Shown here piece after piece: positions 29,298 to 42,647 of a stretch of DNA of 64,000 nt. The stretch covers positions 52,864,788 through 52,928,787 of the forward strand of contig CM120640.1 in assembly GCA_051362555.1 (NCBI GenBank). Reading direction: 5' to 3'. This DNA comes from Lingula anatina. Lineage: Eukaryota > Animalia > Brachiopoda. The translations under genes were made by a program, and so were the position numbers. Position 1 is the first letter of the stretch; each line of letters opens with the position of its first letter. Below the pieces are notes generated by a model. It had not been told where the DNA came from. It saw only the letters and a list, made by a program, of their open reading frames with translations, and made no database searches.

Positions 29298-29761
29298 TTA
29301 AATTTACTATTTCATATCACGGAGAGTGCCAGGTAGTTACGCCCGACAGGGGCATCATTATACTTCTTTAAAATACAGATAAGGTTAAATTCAGTTAACA
29401 TTCCTGGTTGTTGGCACACAAATCGCCCGGCCCTTAGGTCGACTTCACATAAAGTGGTTCACCCATCGTGAACGCGCCACGTGACATGAAACTGTTGTTT
29501 TAGGAAGATCCGGATGCAGTTGGCGGACATGAAATTGTTGTTTCAGAAACCCCTTTTTGACAGTAATAGCTTTCTAGTCTTCAGTGAAAGTAACTGTAGC
29601 AATCTGTCCAAAAAATCAATGAAACTCTCGACAAAAACCAGCAAAGTACACTTGGGTATTACCATTTCTACAATGCCGAATTGTTCCGCTTTCTCATTTC
29701 ATATTGGGGTGTTGTCCACTTAAAATGCCGTTATGCCCTCTTAAAACACTCGTGTTTAATC

Positions 29762-29841
29762 TTGGTGTTGGTGTTGGTGTTGGTGGTGGTGGTGGTGGTG
29801 GTGTGTGTGTGTGTGTGTGTGTATGTGTGTGAGACAGTGTT

Positions 29842-29874
<33 letters not shown>

Positions 29875-29890
29875 GTGGGTGTGTTGGGGG
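29762..29890. repeat. Compound (TTGGTG)n/(GGT)n/(GT)n simple repeat
   Basis: Seen directly. It explains the spurious ORFs 29681..29941 and 29731..29916. Confidence 0.9.
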
Positions 29891-31318
29891 TGGGGGAGAC
29901 TAATTAATATATACACGAATTCTCTTTTGAGCAGGGGTTAAGAGTGAGTATCCAAAAAGGAAACACCAAGCCTTTGGAATTCAATGTTAAGCACAGGTCA
30001 TAAGAAAAGAACAGAAAAATTACAGACAGCAAACCCTGTTGTTAGAAGACTAACTTTTGCATGCGCTTTTGGAGGCATGCTTTTTCTGCTACTCTGCGTT
30101 CGGAACAGCGTGAAAATATTAAATGGGTGATACCAACGTCATTGGTTGGAATTATGAAATGCGTGTTTTCCTGTTTTTCACCCACATCTGATATATATAT
30201 ATTAGCGGTTAGCTGTTTTGTTCATTGTGCGTGATTGGCGACATTATCCGATGATGTGATTGTTGGTGCATAATAATATATCTGGGCATATGTACGCTGA
30301 ACTTTTCTAAGATATAAACGTTAATTACAGTATAAAGATAATATTTTGTTTATCGAAATGATTATGCCATACGTTGTGTGTGTGGCTCTTTGTTCACAAT
30401 TTGGACATGGTACTTCAACTGCTTAAGTACTTTTGGCTAATTGGAATACTTTGTTGATATTTTTCGTTTAAAAGTACATACCCACTGCCCAATGAAAGTT
30501 TAGTAAGACACAAATGAGCAATAGTACTGTAGAATGTAGATATCACATTTTGCACACCCCAGTGCTACACAGATGGCAAGTGTCATGTTCTTTTTATTAG
30601 GCCTACTTATAAACTCATAAGTGTAGACGTTGAAAAAACTTTTAGTTTAATGCATCTGTTCTTAGATACGTAGCATTTCACAACAGCTGAAATAAAATCG
30701 AAAATTCGAGGAAGGAAGTATATGTCTGTAAAAATTGCTTTTCTCCAGGCTGAAATGAATGTTGTTGACCAAGAACGTTACCAAATAAACTGCATTTGCA
30801 GATATTACCCAAAAAAACCATGTCAAAAAGTACCGATATTCCACATGGATTGCTATTGCTAAACGTTCGAAATGTCTTGTTAGTATTCTCTCTCTCTCTC
30901 TCTCGAGCACTTTTTCCACTCACTTTTTCAACAACCTAATGCCAAAACTGAAATCAGCGATTTTGGACACAAAATTACATTCCACAGAGGTGTCACAAAC
31001 CCCATGAGCACACCGCATGAGACATCATGTTTACAAAAATATCCATGGTATTCAAAACCCAGCACCATGTTTGTCGGTGACAGAGCCAATTGGCTATCAA
31101 TACTCCCCATGGAAATGGTCTTTATGAATCGACATCGACTAAGTTAGTTGCAACTGCTTTTTTTCATCCTATCGAAAGAGTTTAAGACCACTTTAAAAAT
31201 CAAGTGAAACAAAAACGAAATTAATAATTTGCATGTAGGGAGAAATGTCACTTGAATGATTTTTTTTCTGAAAGTGCGCATGTCAGGTTCGGTATGATGG
31301 GCATGATTGTTCATTTAA

Positions 31319-31904
31319 TGCCCCTATTTCACACAGACCACGAATCCCACGAAAGGCCATGAATTGACAAATTTCACGATTCGTGGTTGAATCGTAATCA
31401 GGTCGTGAAGTTCTTAACAGATTCGTATATATTCGTAGTCAGTTCTTGCACTTTTTGATCAACATGAATTGGTAGCAAAAACTTTGATGCCCCTATTTCA
31501 CACAGACCACGAATCCCACGAATCGCCAGGAATTGAAAATTTCAGGATTCGTGGTTGAATCGTAATCAGGTCGTGAAGTTCTTAACAGATTCGTATATAA
31601 TCGTAGTCAGTTCTTGCAATTCTTGATCAATCGGGAATTCGTGGCAAAATTTTTGAGCTGTTCAAAGTTCTGGCCACGAACTCCTGATTCCAAAAAATCG
31701 CAGTGAATTTCTGGACAATATTCTTGCGATTCCAGCCGAATCCCACGAATATTCGTAACACTATCGCACCTGTATCGTAACTGAATCGTAGAGCGCGTCG
31801 AATTAGACCAGAAAATTGGCAAAATCTCACGAATCCTCACGAATCCTAAAATTTGTCAATTCCTGGCGATTCGTGGGATTCGTGGTCTGTGTGAAATAGG
31901 GGCC
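31319..31904. mobile_element. PIF/Harbinger-like MITE with TAA target-site duplication and a tandemly duplicated left end
   Basis: gcccctatttcacacagaccacgaatcccacgaa occurs at 31320 and again at 31489 (period 169), and its reverse complement ends at 31903. TAA flanks both sides (31316-31318 and 31905-31907). cacgaat/attcgtg subrepeats occur internally. Confidence 0.8.
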
Positions 31905-33106
31905 TAAGCAAACAATGCATCAAATTAGTGGAATAGAAAGCTCATTAAGGCGGGTCCTTCAAATTTGATGTCCAATAGTTTCCCTTTTTCCGTGTTTCGA
32001 TATTTAGGTATGCGGCAGTGTAGATCATAGTTAACTCATGACATTACTAATGTATTTTGTTACCAAAAAGTCTTGTTGAAGTATTATAGGACAATTTAAG
32101 CCCACATGCCAGATTTAAGTACACTAGCAGCCTACGTGTAAATGTGATTTAGTAACCTACGTGCGGCTTGTAAAGTGCGCTAAACTTATTTAAAGGTAAA
32201 GATGGGAACTTGTTGACGAGAAATGCTTTATAAAAAGCAATTTCCGGGAGTTTTTTGGTACTTTTTTCCCCTAAAATCCATTTCCAAATTCACAATTTTA
32301 TGCCTTGATTTTTTTCTGTGGTTTGCATTAAGATCATCAATTGATAATGATCGAGGCGACCACAACCTGCCACTAAGTGCCATTTCCTGCAATTCGTGAA
32401 ACGCTTATATATACATGTATATACTGTATATATTTATCAATCCATCTATCAAAAGCACATCAATTGTTTATATGGTTTTTATGCGTATGTTTGTGCTCCC
32501 CTTTTTTCTTGCGACTTTTTCTATATTGTTCAAATTTCCGCTTGACATCTGAAGGACTTCATTTTCCGACCTACGAAGGTGGATGCAGTTGGTTCCTTAA
32601 AAGTTATGTAGCAAGGGAACAATTTAAAATAATCAGTTCTTCAAGACCATAATGACAGTAATGCCTTGACCCAAAAAATTGAAAGTCAAATAATTAGAAT
32701 ATTGTACAAGGAGCAGGAAAAACACTTAATTATTTAAATCATTATTTAATGTAAGCTAAAGGAATCATACTTTTTCTCAAAGGCTAAATATAAGATTTAT
32801 CGATAATGATCCCTAGAGGTCTCTCGAAATTTGATCGTCTAAAGAAACACTCCCTTACAGTATTTGCTTCCCTGCATAATTACCCCATAGTTCAGTTACA
32901 GGTAACCACAAATACAATTTTAACGTGACGTGACGCGAGATAAAGCAAGGACGCGTGGGAAGCTTTCTTTACATTTCTTTTTTATGTTCCGTCTTCTTTA
33001 GCTGATCGGTCTTATAAGGGGTGAGGTTGGAACGCAGTCTGGAGAGGCTACATTTGACTTAACAATTTTTATTAAAGGAACCTGCTTATTTTACAGCACA
33101 TTGAAA

Positions 33107-33600
33107 ATGAAGAAACCAATGGTAGTTCAAGTATACGCATCATTATTTTGCGTACTCCTCATATGTTTGACAGTTACAGAAGCATACTCATATATAAATG
33201 GGTAAGTTTTGCTACAGGATTTTTGTAAGTTGTATAGTTTATTTACCCTAAAGCGGTTCCTGTATCGCCTTTTCTCTACCGAAATACAAGAAAATGAAAG
33301 TTAAGATATATGATCATTTTCTCATTAAGTAAAACGGTTAACCCCTAAAAACATCAGCAATGTATGTTTGCCTTTTTTCGATTTAGATGAAACCGTAGCA
33401 TAAGATAGATAAATTTATAGGCCATTTTGCACTTGTGCATTCTTATGTTTTCAGCTTAGAAGATCAGGTCACGGATTTAGATAAAGAAGTAGATGTACTA
33501 TCAAATTTGGTCAGGTATCTAAAATCAAGAACGACTAACGGGTAAGAATGATGAACTTATTAGGCTTAATTTTGAAGTCTAACATATTGTATGAATGGAA

Positions 33601-33654
<54 letters not shown>

Positions 33655-36600
33655 TTGCTTGATGGGTATCTAAACCTCATATGTCAGACATATGTTTGAT
33701 AACAAGAACAAGAAGAGTTCAAAACAAAACAAAATGTCATAAAAATAATGAATTAAATACCCTGTTTAGAAGTGGCTAGTTTAGTCTTTGAAGGTTGCAT
33801 TTACCGTTACTATTCCTAAAGGGAAATGGAAGGCTATGCGTATGAGCAATTCAGCCTCTTAAAATCTAGAACCCAAACCCACAACTTTTAAGTCAATGGC
33901 CATTACTCAGCAATTATGAACGAGCATGTAATCATGAAAAAGTGATTTAAAAACATGACAGTGTAAGAAATGACAGTCTCGAGCTCACTAAGGATACACT
34001 AGATATCGCATGGGTGTATTTGTCAATTGCATATGTCATCAATTCAGGTAAGACAACTGTGGATGGACCAGGGAGGTTATTAAAGATCACACACACCCCT
34101 ACCGGATTCAGGAACGGCTATTATGTTCCTTGTAAGCGTGTTTTATTTGCCTGGCTCATTCAGATGTCACAGATTGCACTTACATACATCATTTGCCAAC
34201 AACTAATGTTTGTTTATTTTGCCTCAAAGTCTACCGACTTGACACATGATGACTGCTAATCGTTCAATAGCCCATCGATATGAGTTACGTCCATTCGGGG
34301 GGATTTACAACATGTTTTATTTGCTTAAGAAGCCATTAATGTCAGTTAATACATAGACGTCACCATTATCATTTAAAGATGTGCCTAATGGCCGATAAGG
34401 CACCCAATGAAGTGGCTTAATGCCATTGTTTTCATTATTGCAGTGTTAAAGCTATGAGTAGTGACATTTCCCTCAGCTGTCTTCACATTGTGCATTTCTA
34501 CTGATTTTGTACAGCTGGTTATTTGCATAGACGAAGAACGGTATGACTAATTCAAAAATTGGTGGGCGTTCACGTTTACACGTGCTTAAATCAGTTAAGA
34601 TAGCGACCAATTAAAGATGTTTTCAGGATAAAAATAGATGCTGCATTTTTAAAATAGACTGTCATAAAGTTGAGGGACAGTGAAGCATAAAAAATTGTAC
34701 TCGTGTCTGTATGTTTGTGTTTGTGGTGTTGTTAAATATTACTGACTTCAATAGCAAGATATTTATTGCAAAGTTAATCATGTTTTTGACCCTTAGTATT
34801 GGGGTAAAATTTCAATTTCACTTATTACATAACATCTTTGCAATTACAATCATCACTAATCACTTGTCATTTTACATGTGATAAATTATTTTTCAGACAC
34901 ATTCGAAAGATCTTGAAAGTAACGATGATCACTTACTATATCAAAGATTGTAAACTCTTAAAGATCCATTAAAAAGAATTTAGAATTATCAGTCAATTGT
35001 TCATCATTGTCTTTTATAGTCGCAAACGGCAGATAGACGCAGGCTTTGGCTCGAGAAACACGTTGGCACAGGATATTAGCAGACTAGTGCTAGGTAAGCA
35101 TATACGTATATGTAAATGTAAATTGAAAGCACGCGATAACTGCATCGGTAGATGACAGCTTCGTATGTTACAAGACTTGTATATTCATTAAAACGTTTCT
35201 CCAGGAAGTGATTGTGTTTTGAAAGACAATCCCATTCTAGGCTGAATAATAACATTAAAATGCACCTCGGCCGCGCCCCGTGGCTGTCTATTGGGTTCCC
35301 AAGTCTGGTTTTACAAACCTCAAATCAATGGCACCAGCATTCCGTTTCAAAACTGCCAATTCTACTGTAGACGCTTCAAAGAGGCGAATGAGCAATATAA
35401 TTCAGAGTTACTCTTTGAGTTGTGAAGCGAAGTACCAACAAAAACTGATTCTTTTTCACTGCAAAAATTCACACAAACTTAATCTCTACTGGGAATAATT
35501 AACCGACGGTATGAGTCGCTCTATGGCATCACTGTTATTTCCATACAAATGTATTATTTATAAAGTCTTTGAAATGTATGTTGCATCGATTTTCATGCCA
35601 ATCAAACGTTCGTCTTTTATAAGAAATTAGAAAATTTTGTGTTCATGAAATATTTGACAATCAGTGCCAGAAAAAAATTGACTTCTCAAACAGATAGCCC
35701 TACATTTTCTGGTTACCACACTTCACGTTCAAAAGTGAATTCTCAGCTATCAAAATGTATATGATGTTCAAAAACCCAATTCAGTATGTATGTATGTATG
35801 TAATACCATAATGTGACCCTAGCATTATTTTGAGCCTAAAAGCATTATAATTGGGATTTTGTATGTACATAATTGGTAAATGGACTAAGTAGCTTATGGA
35901 CATTTGCGTAAAATTTTTATATGACGGATGGAAAAATAATGTTCACTAAAAGCAAAATCTTTGATGCAGAATAATATTCTTGCGACCCCAATTACGCAGC
36001 GCAATAAAGTCATTATTTTTCGATGTTGCCTTTTGCGAGGGTGGGGGGTGCAGGGGGTGGAGGGTGTCACTTTCCTCCCTTTTCCTCATCTAGCATCCGT
36101 ACCATGCCAACAACCATTTGACCATTCCTTCACCAGAACACACGTTCTCGAAAAAGTTTTCTCGCATCACATATCCTCAAATACTGGACCTAATTAACCT
36201 CAAGAAAACACATTTACAAAACCTGTTGAATGTTTTTCGACAATTTGGTTCGTACCAAGTATCAAATATATTTGCATATCAAACATGGAGACGAAAAATT
36301 AGTATTTTAACATTTTTATGCACATTTATGTGTTCGGGCGCCTGTATTTCAAAACTGCCTTATCAATATCGCTTGCAATGAGGTATTTTTTATTTTATTA
36401 GATCATAAAATCACATCGGTGTTATGGGCACGATTTACGTATTGTTGTTGGTGCTGAAACGTTCGAATACCAGCGCGAAATAACTTATGTGAAATCGTTT
36501 TAATCCATTTACTGAAATGAACAATGCTTCCCACGCATTTTACGAAAGTCTTTAAAAGGAACCAATCACAGGTTTATATATTATTAGGGATTTTTTCCAC

Positions 36601-36829
36601 GGGTGGAATAATAGGTTGGCTAGCACAAGCCGCAAGAGCCACTGTTCGACATTTCTGTGCATAACTGTAGCATGTGACTGTAGTCCAATCATTGAAGCAT
36701 CCATATACCAAATATTTATTCTTTTTAAAGAAAATTTTCTCACTTTTAGCCCAACACAAAGCCCAGAGCTACAACAGTCCCGGAAGAAGACGAAGGAGCA
36801 TCAATACAAATAGTCAGCTGAGGCACTGA
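33107..36829 (+). CDS. DH31: DH31-type (Cys-free calcitonin-family) neuropeptide precursor; 111 aa; coding exons 33107-33201, 33455-33541, 35020-35093, 36750-36829
   Basis: The spliced product is MKKPMVVQVYASLFCVLLICLTVTEAYSYINGLEDQVTDLDKEVDVLSNLVRYLKSRTTNG-RKR-QIDAGFGSRNTLAQDISRLVLAQHKAQSYNSP-GRRRR-SINTNSQLRH*. All three introns are GTAAG...AG with matching phases (2,2,1). The 32-aa peptide ends in Pro-Gly-basic and carries the xIDAG(Y/F)GSR motif of annelid-type DH31. Confidence 0.85.
33604..33650. repeat. (TC)n microsatellite in a DH31 intron
   Basis: Uninterrupted dinucleotide run. Confidence 0.9.
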
Positions 36830-37596
36830 GTGCCTGGAAAAAGATCCATCGTGCACATTTAAGACTGGTCATTAACACGGACATTATAACATTATATTAC
36901 AAGAGAAAAAACGTATTGCATAATGCTTAAATATCATATGAATATACATATTACCAAGCTTTGAACTCCACGGATGTCAGTTGTTTCCACCATGGACATG
37001 TAAAACTTTATTAACAAAGTTCTGAATTTAACATAAACGTCTTATATGAATGCATCTTTTTACTATTACAATGAATACGTGCCGTGCAACATATCATCAA
37101 TATAAATCTAATAATGTCGTAAATTTTGGCACTGAGAGGTATTAAATCACCCTTCTCTCACTATATACATGTAAAGAATATGTGAGTTCAAATTTGTCCA
37201 TCTCAAACATGTTCCTGAAAAAGAAATGCTTTTAAAAATATAATGTAGGCTATTTCATATTGCGGAACTTACAATTCCGATACCAACTCTTAAAGATTAA
37301 CCAGATAGTCATTAATCAGCTCTGATACCGGGTCACAATGGGACACTACACGTCCTTTGAGCTGCATCAGAAAAAAATTTGGTCTGCCAACAACAACGCA
37401 ATAAAATCAAGGACCCGGTACACTGGGTTATTTATTATTATTATTATTCTATTTATTATTTTATATTATTTTATATATTTATTTTATATTTGTATTTACC
37501 TATTTGATAAAAGTATTTGCAAAAGAAATGGGAAAGTATATATCTACGTCGTAGCAACATTAATTTTTGGGAAATCTTGACTGATCGAAAATGAAC

Positions 37597-37648
37597 GGCA
37601 GCCTCCGTGTACATTACCAACTGGCAGCCTCCGTGTACATTACCAACT
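37597..37648. repeat. Perfect 26-bp tandem duplication
   Basis: ggcagcctccgtgtacattaccaact occurs twice. Confidence 0.9.
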
Positions 37649-38171
37649 TGACCAGGGTTAATATGCAGTGCAGTTGATTGTCTTGTTTTGACAAATGTAG
37701 GCCCCTACCTCTTATTTTGCATTTACCGGGACCAGTGCAAGCCTGCTGTTGGCTATGCTTTCCCTTTTGTTTTTCCATCTTGTCCTTTGTTTGTCCAATT
37801 TATTTATTTGAGACTGAAAAACGCCCATGGACATGTTACGGATGTAATCCTGTTTATAAGTATAAGGTCACAGCTTGCCCTGCTACGCCATACATGTCGA
37901 GACAAACAAGAGGTGAGTGCACGTGAATGCGCTTAGTGAATCTCTAGGTAAAAAGGCCAAAGCCACAGATGTGAAATCAGTTTGATATGTGCAATTGCAT
38001 GTGTACAGGAAGATAATATGCTGGTCAATATAGGTGAATATGTGGAAAGATGTCAAATGAACACGACGTCTATAAAGTCCATTTACTTACTACCGGTAAT
38101 TTTGCACCAAAAACACTATGGATGGCGTTTGTGAAACAATGATCACTATAATGTCTATATGTCAAGTGGGG

Positions 38172-38338
38172 CAGGGGCGGGTCCAGAGCTATTTACTGAC
38201 AGTCTTCCAAATATCTTTGTTGATTCATCCTCAAATTTTGACCGTCTTCCAACAGAAAAAATTAGACACCCGTCAATGTAAACTTGAAAATCTGACCGTC
38301 TTCCGGAAGACCCAGAAGACGGCTTAAATCCGTCCCTG
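38172..38338. mobile_element. hAT-type MITE, 167 bp, with a perfect 8-bp target-site duplication
   Basis: The ends caggggcgg and ccgtccctg are inverted. aagtgggg flanks both sides (38164-38171 and 38339-38346). An internal tgac(c/a)gtcttcc motif occurs three times. Confidence 0.85.
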
Positions 38339-40988
38339 AAGTGGGGTCACTTCGATTATGATCTTTTGTGGTAGTGACACAGGCTATAGTCAGGGACCAG
38401 AATTACATTTTACGTTTTCTAATTCCTCTTCGCAAAATCAACGTTCAGGATATCTGAAAACCGGGTTTTTCTATAAAGGTATCAGATACCGAGTCAAATA
38501 TGGTCAGTTTCAAGCGTCAGTGTACTCAGTCTGCTTTATCAACTGCGTATTTGGATGGCTTTCATTCTCTAGAAATCGAATTATTAGGAACCCATTTAAT
38601 TGTTGACTTGCAACTGGATGGAAATTTCGTTGTAATAACTGCCCCATATTGTGGCATAGAACTTAATCTCCAAAAAGAATGGCATCTTTTCAGATGTCAA
38701 GACAATAATCGCCTGAAACAGTGTTTTGATAATTATCAAAGTAAGAAACAAAGACGAAAATAATTTAGGTTACAGTGTAATCAGCATATTTATTGGCTTG
38801 GATCATATCGAAACGCTGCGTTTGATACAGCAATTAGATAACACTAATTGACTGTGATTCTAATGATGAAATCAATTTGCACCGCCCTTATCATGTATGA
38901 CGATTTCTTGGTGTTTGCTTGAAGTATACCTCAAACCTACAAATAACATCTCACGCAAAAGAAAAATAGAAAAGCTCAATTCCAATAATATCAATCTTTC
39001 AAGACTTAATTTCAACTTACTTCGATTTGGGAAAGAATGCAAACCAATAGGGATCCCATCTTATCGGTCTTAGCCAACAAAACTATAACAATTACTGAAG
39101 GTAACAATACGTCAAGATTCCAAATTCAATAATGAACCTTAAATATAAGCGTGATACTTCGCGTGACTGCCTTCCTGGTGAGTAAGGAAGTGAAAACTGA
39201 TGTCTCTTTTTTTCGCTTCTCCAGCAACTACCTTCGGGCATAAGGGCATATTTTCCATTCATCATCTGAAACGTGATCCACGTGAATCAACTCATTACGA
39301 GAAAAACAATATTGGAAGAGTTGAGATAGGGTCTTTAAATCTACTCAAGATACCACTTTGATATTTGCTCTTGTTCTGATAATTTTTTTTATTATCAAAA
39401 GCAATAAGACGTGTAAGAGGTTAAATTTTATGATGAAATGAAAACCTATCCTTTTCTATGAAAATTTGACTAGCAAAACATTGTACATGCATGTATATTA
39501 GCTAAAGCTAGGCTGGGGACTACGGAGAACATAATTAGAAAACAGTTCATGCTGTTGCAAAAAAGTATCAAAAATTGTCATGACCTGATTGTCAAATTGT
39601 CAAACCTGATACCCTCCCCCCCCCCCTTTTCACTCTCCCTCAAGTTAGGCTCTACAAGACCCAAAAAGTAAATAATCGGTAGATCGTAGGCCCTTTGACT
39701 GTAGCATCTACCGCATAATTTCACTACTCGGCATTGTTGGAAAGGCATTTAGCGATTTTAAAAGGTTTACAGACACCGCCTAGCGTGTGCACCAAGAATC
39801 ATAGGGTGGTTTTTGAACCAAAAGATCAACATGATATTTTCTGTTCAGGAAAAATGCCGAGAGCAGAAATAGTTGACGCTTTATTAGCTACTAAATGCTA
39901 CTAAAGCATTCGATTTTGTTGGCAGAAATTAACTTTTCACCTTGCTACAGAGAGTCGGATTGCCTCTCAAACTCCAACAAGGATTGAGAGCAACCCATGA
40001 GGATAGGACAGGCAACGTTTAATTTGATGGCATAAACAGTGGTAAAAAACAAAGCCGCGTTCTTTTTTCTTCAGTTATACGCCCCTGAGACGCCATCCAA
40101 AGTCATCCTTGTACAAAAAAGTGCTTAAACGCGTAATCATTAAAATGTGTGTGTGTGTGTGTGTGTGCACACGTGCTCTTAATCAATCACACTGGCACCA
40201 ACAAATGCAAGCGAGGGCTCTATATTGTGTTAGTTGCACCTATATGAAGTGTGCAATATTCCGTCACAAAAAGCACATCAGCATATTGTACGCTGACTTG
40301 CCTATACGAACATTTTCAAAATCTGCAAAATTTTGCTGTTATTTATAGACATAACAGAGATTTGTGCACGATAGCAAATAAAAGAAAGATATTTTAATTT
40401 CAATTATAATTTTCTCGGTATTGAGACCATCAGTACATCTAGAACCAAGCTGATCTGCGCTACTCAAAAACAAGATCAGATTATACACTCAACTTAAGAG
40501 GACAAAAGAAAATAATATATTGACAAAGTCACTGTAAAAAGAAGTGGGGGAATGAAAATAAGGAAAGAATGAAACAGACCCAACTAAACTTAACATAATG
40601 CTAATAAATAACTAACCAAATAATTGCACTCCTTACATTTTCAGTACGCTTAGTTCCGATCTATGAATCCCACGAACACTTTTTCTAGCTATTAGAAAGA
40701 AGATGCATGTTTTAAGGCATTTTATTATATAGGTTTCCCGGGGAATTCGATTTTCAGACCATTCAATTAAAATTCATACAACAATGGGTCATTCAGTATT
40801 TCCTCGATTCATTAGGAGATAGGGATTACAAAGGATGCTGTTTTGCCTGCATTTATACTTACCTTTTCATGAAGTATATAATGCATTTAGCTTTGGGATT
40901 ACATGTATAACACAAGAGCTAAAACACCGAGTTTTGGACTAGGATTGCAGGTGATTTTGAATCTCTGGTTTATGGCAGCTTGCTATAT

Positions 40989-41542
40989 CAGGCCTTCCCA
41001 ACTACCAGACTCGGCACCTAAGGATCCTGAATTAACCGGTATATCATCGGACCACGCTACCCGTTTTCAAGGTGTGTGTCAGATCGCATTTCGGAGTATC
41101 ATACCCCAGAACAAATTTTGTAGCACGACTGCGGGCTCATCCACGCTCGGCTGAACAACCTTAAACTGTACTCTAACTTTAGAGTACTCTATTTTATTGT
41201 CTCTATGGGGATATATGGGGACTTTATGACATTCGGTTTGAATGTTTTAACCACTTTTGATAGGGCTTTTTTGCATTGTATTAGATTAATGTGGCAGTCT
41301 AAGGTTCAGCTAGGTGGCTTTCAAATTTATGCATCCGGTTTTAAAATCATATAGCGATTTTACGACAATCGTTTACTATCCAATCAAGGTGACAGCCGAG
41401 CATGCCAGGGCTCATCCTGTCGGTGTTCTGGCTGATACTCCGAAATGCGATCTGACACACACCTTGAAAACGGGTAGTGTGGTCCGATATACCGGTTAAT
41501 TCAGGATCCTTAGGTGCCGAGTCTGGTAGTTGGGTAGGCCTG
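40989..41542. mobile_element. Foldback MITE, 554 bp, with about 110-bp TIRs
   Basis: caggccttcccaactaccagactcggcacctaaggatcctgaattaaccggtatatc...gatcgcatttcggagtatca is near-perfectly inverted at about 41432-41542. tatat flanks both ends. Confidence 0.85.
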
Positions 41543-42147
41543 TATATACGTGGGATTCGTTAAGACCGGGTTGAACACTTTTTACTGAATTGATATATGA
41601 CTGATTGGAATAGGCAGTGAAAAGTTGTTCGTTCACAGTGATCCTACTACTAGAGATAAGGATGTAGGTCCACATACAGTGGATATTACTCTAGAAACCA
41701 AAAATCACATTTTTTCTTGAACTCGTGCAATCACCGCCTCAACACAAAATTACCTATTTGATTCGATCAAGTCGTGTCTTAAGAACAATTGTTTGCACAC
41801 ATAGCATAATCTTAACCACAATTTCCGTGAAAATCAATAGCAATTGTTGCTGATCTAATTATCTTAAGTGTTTTCATAATGATAACAGAGGAAATTGAGA
41901 AACAAGGCAGAGCCTACTAAGATGGTATTCTTGTATAACAGGTGGGATTTTTGACATGAAATAGGAGTGGAATACTACGTCATGTCTTCGAACGAGTTCT
42001 CAATAAGACATTGCGGATTTAATAAATTGCGCCCTCTGTCGCCAGAGAGAAACATAGTGTCGCTTAGTATCGAGTGCGGGGGTGAGGAATTCCGCATCCA
42101 TCACAAAAAGGTGGTCAATCAAAAGTAAAAAAATGTGATTAACGCTT

Positions 42148-42151
<4 letters not shown>

Positions 42152-42194
<43 letters not shown>

Positions 42195-42228
42195 CCAGAC
42201 ACGCACACACACACACACACACACACAC
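42152..42228. repeat. Compound (CT)n-(CA)n microsatellite upstream of the calcitonin-type gene promoter
   Basis: Seen directly. Confidence 0.9.
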
Positions 42229-42579
42229 GTGCACGCACGCGCTTCTTTATACCAGTTGTCTCTCCAAAAGTCTTCCAAAACCAAACACAGCCTCACACTC
42301 CGCCCCGATCCTGAACATTTTTAAACTTCGTGTTTCCACTTCTTTCCACACTATTGATAGCACTTAACAAGGTTTGGATCACACGTAATATTTATATGCA
42401 CGAACTTTGTTAACTTTGCAATACACATTTAATAATTTTTCGAGAACACTAAGGTGGACAATATCCCTCGCTTAATTTTCATGAACTTTACTCTTCCCTT
42501 GCTCATTAAGATATATTGACATTACACTGTGACAATATTTGAAATAATCTTGTCACATTTATTAGAATTACAAAGGCAA

Positions 42580-42647
42580 TATAAAAGAGAGGGTATGCTC
42601 GATCGTTACTGGTCCTCTGAGCAATAAACCAACCAAGAACTAGAAAG
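42580..42647 (+). promoter_or_regulatory. TATA box and short non-coding first exon of the calcitonin-type gene
   Basis: TATAAAA at 42580-42586, donor AAG|GTGAGG after 42647, and acceptor tttag| at 43004, 23 nt before the ATG at 43028. Confidence 0.55.

Noticed and set aside
31320-31903. Recurrent cacgaat/attcgtg repeats as a CRISPR-like array
   Set aside because: The context is eukaryotic and the spacing irregular. The repeats are explained by MITE TIRs and subterminal repeats.
34049-34131. Segment reading KTTVDGPGR, resembling a DH31 C-terminus (GP-GR), with a flanking AG and GTAAGC
   Set aside because: The phase is incompatible with the preceding exon (immediate stop), no matching N-terminal exon lies upstream, and the site is only monobasic. 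It is probably chance, though a relic exon is not excluded.
34897-34949. Exon-like stretch after a good tttcag acceptor in a DH31 intron (THSKDLESNDDHLLYQR)
   Set aside because: It would need a phase-0 entry, whereas the upstream exon ends in phase 2. The direct 33541-35020 join is already in frame.
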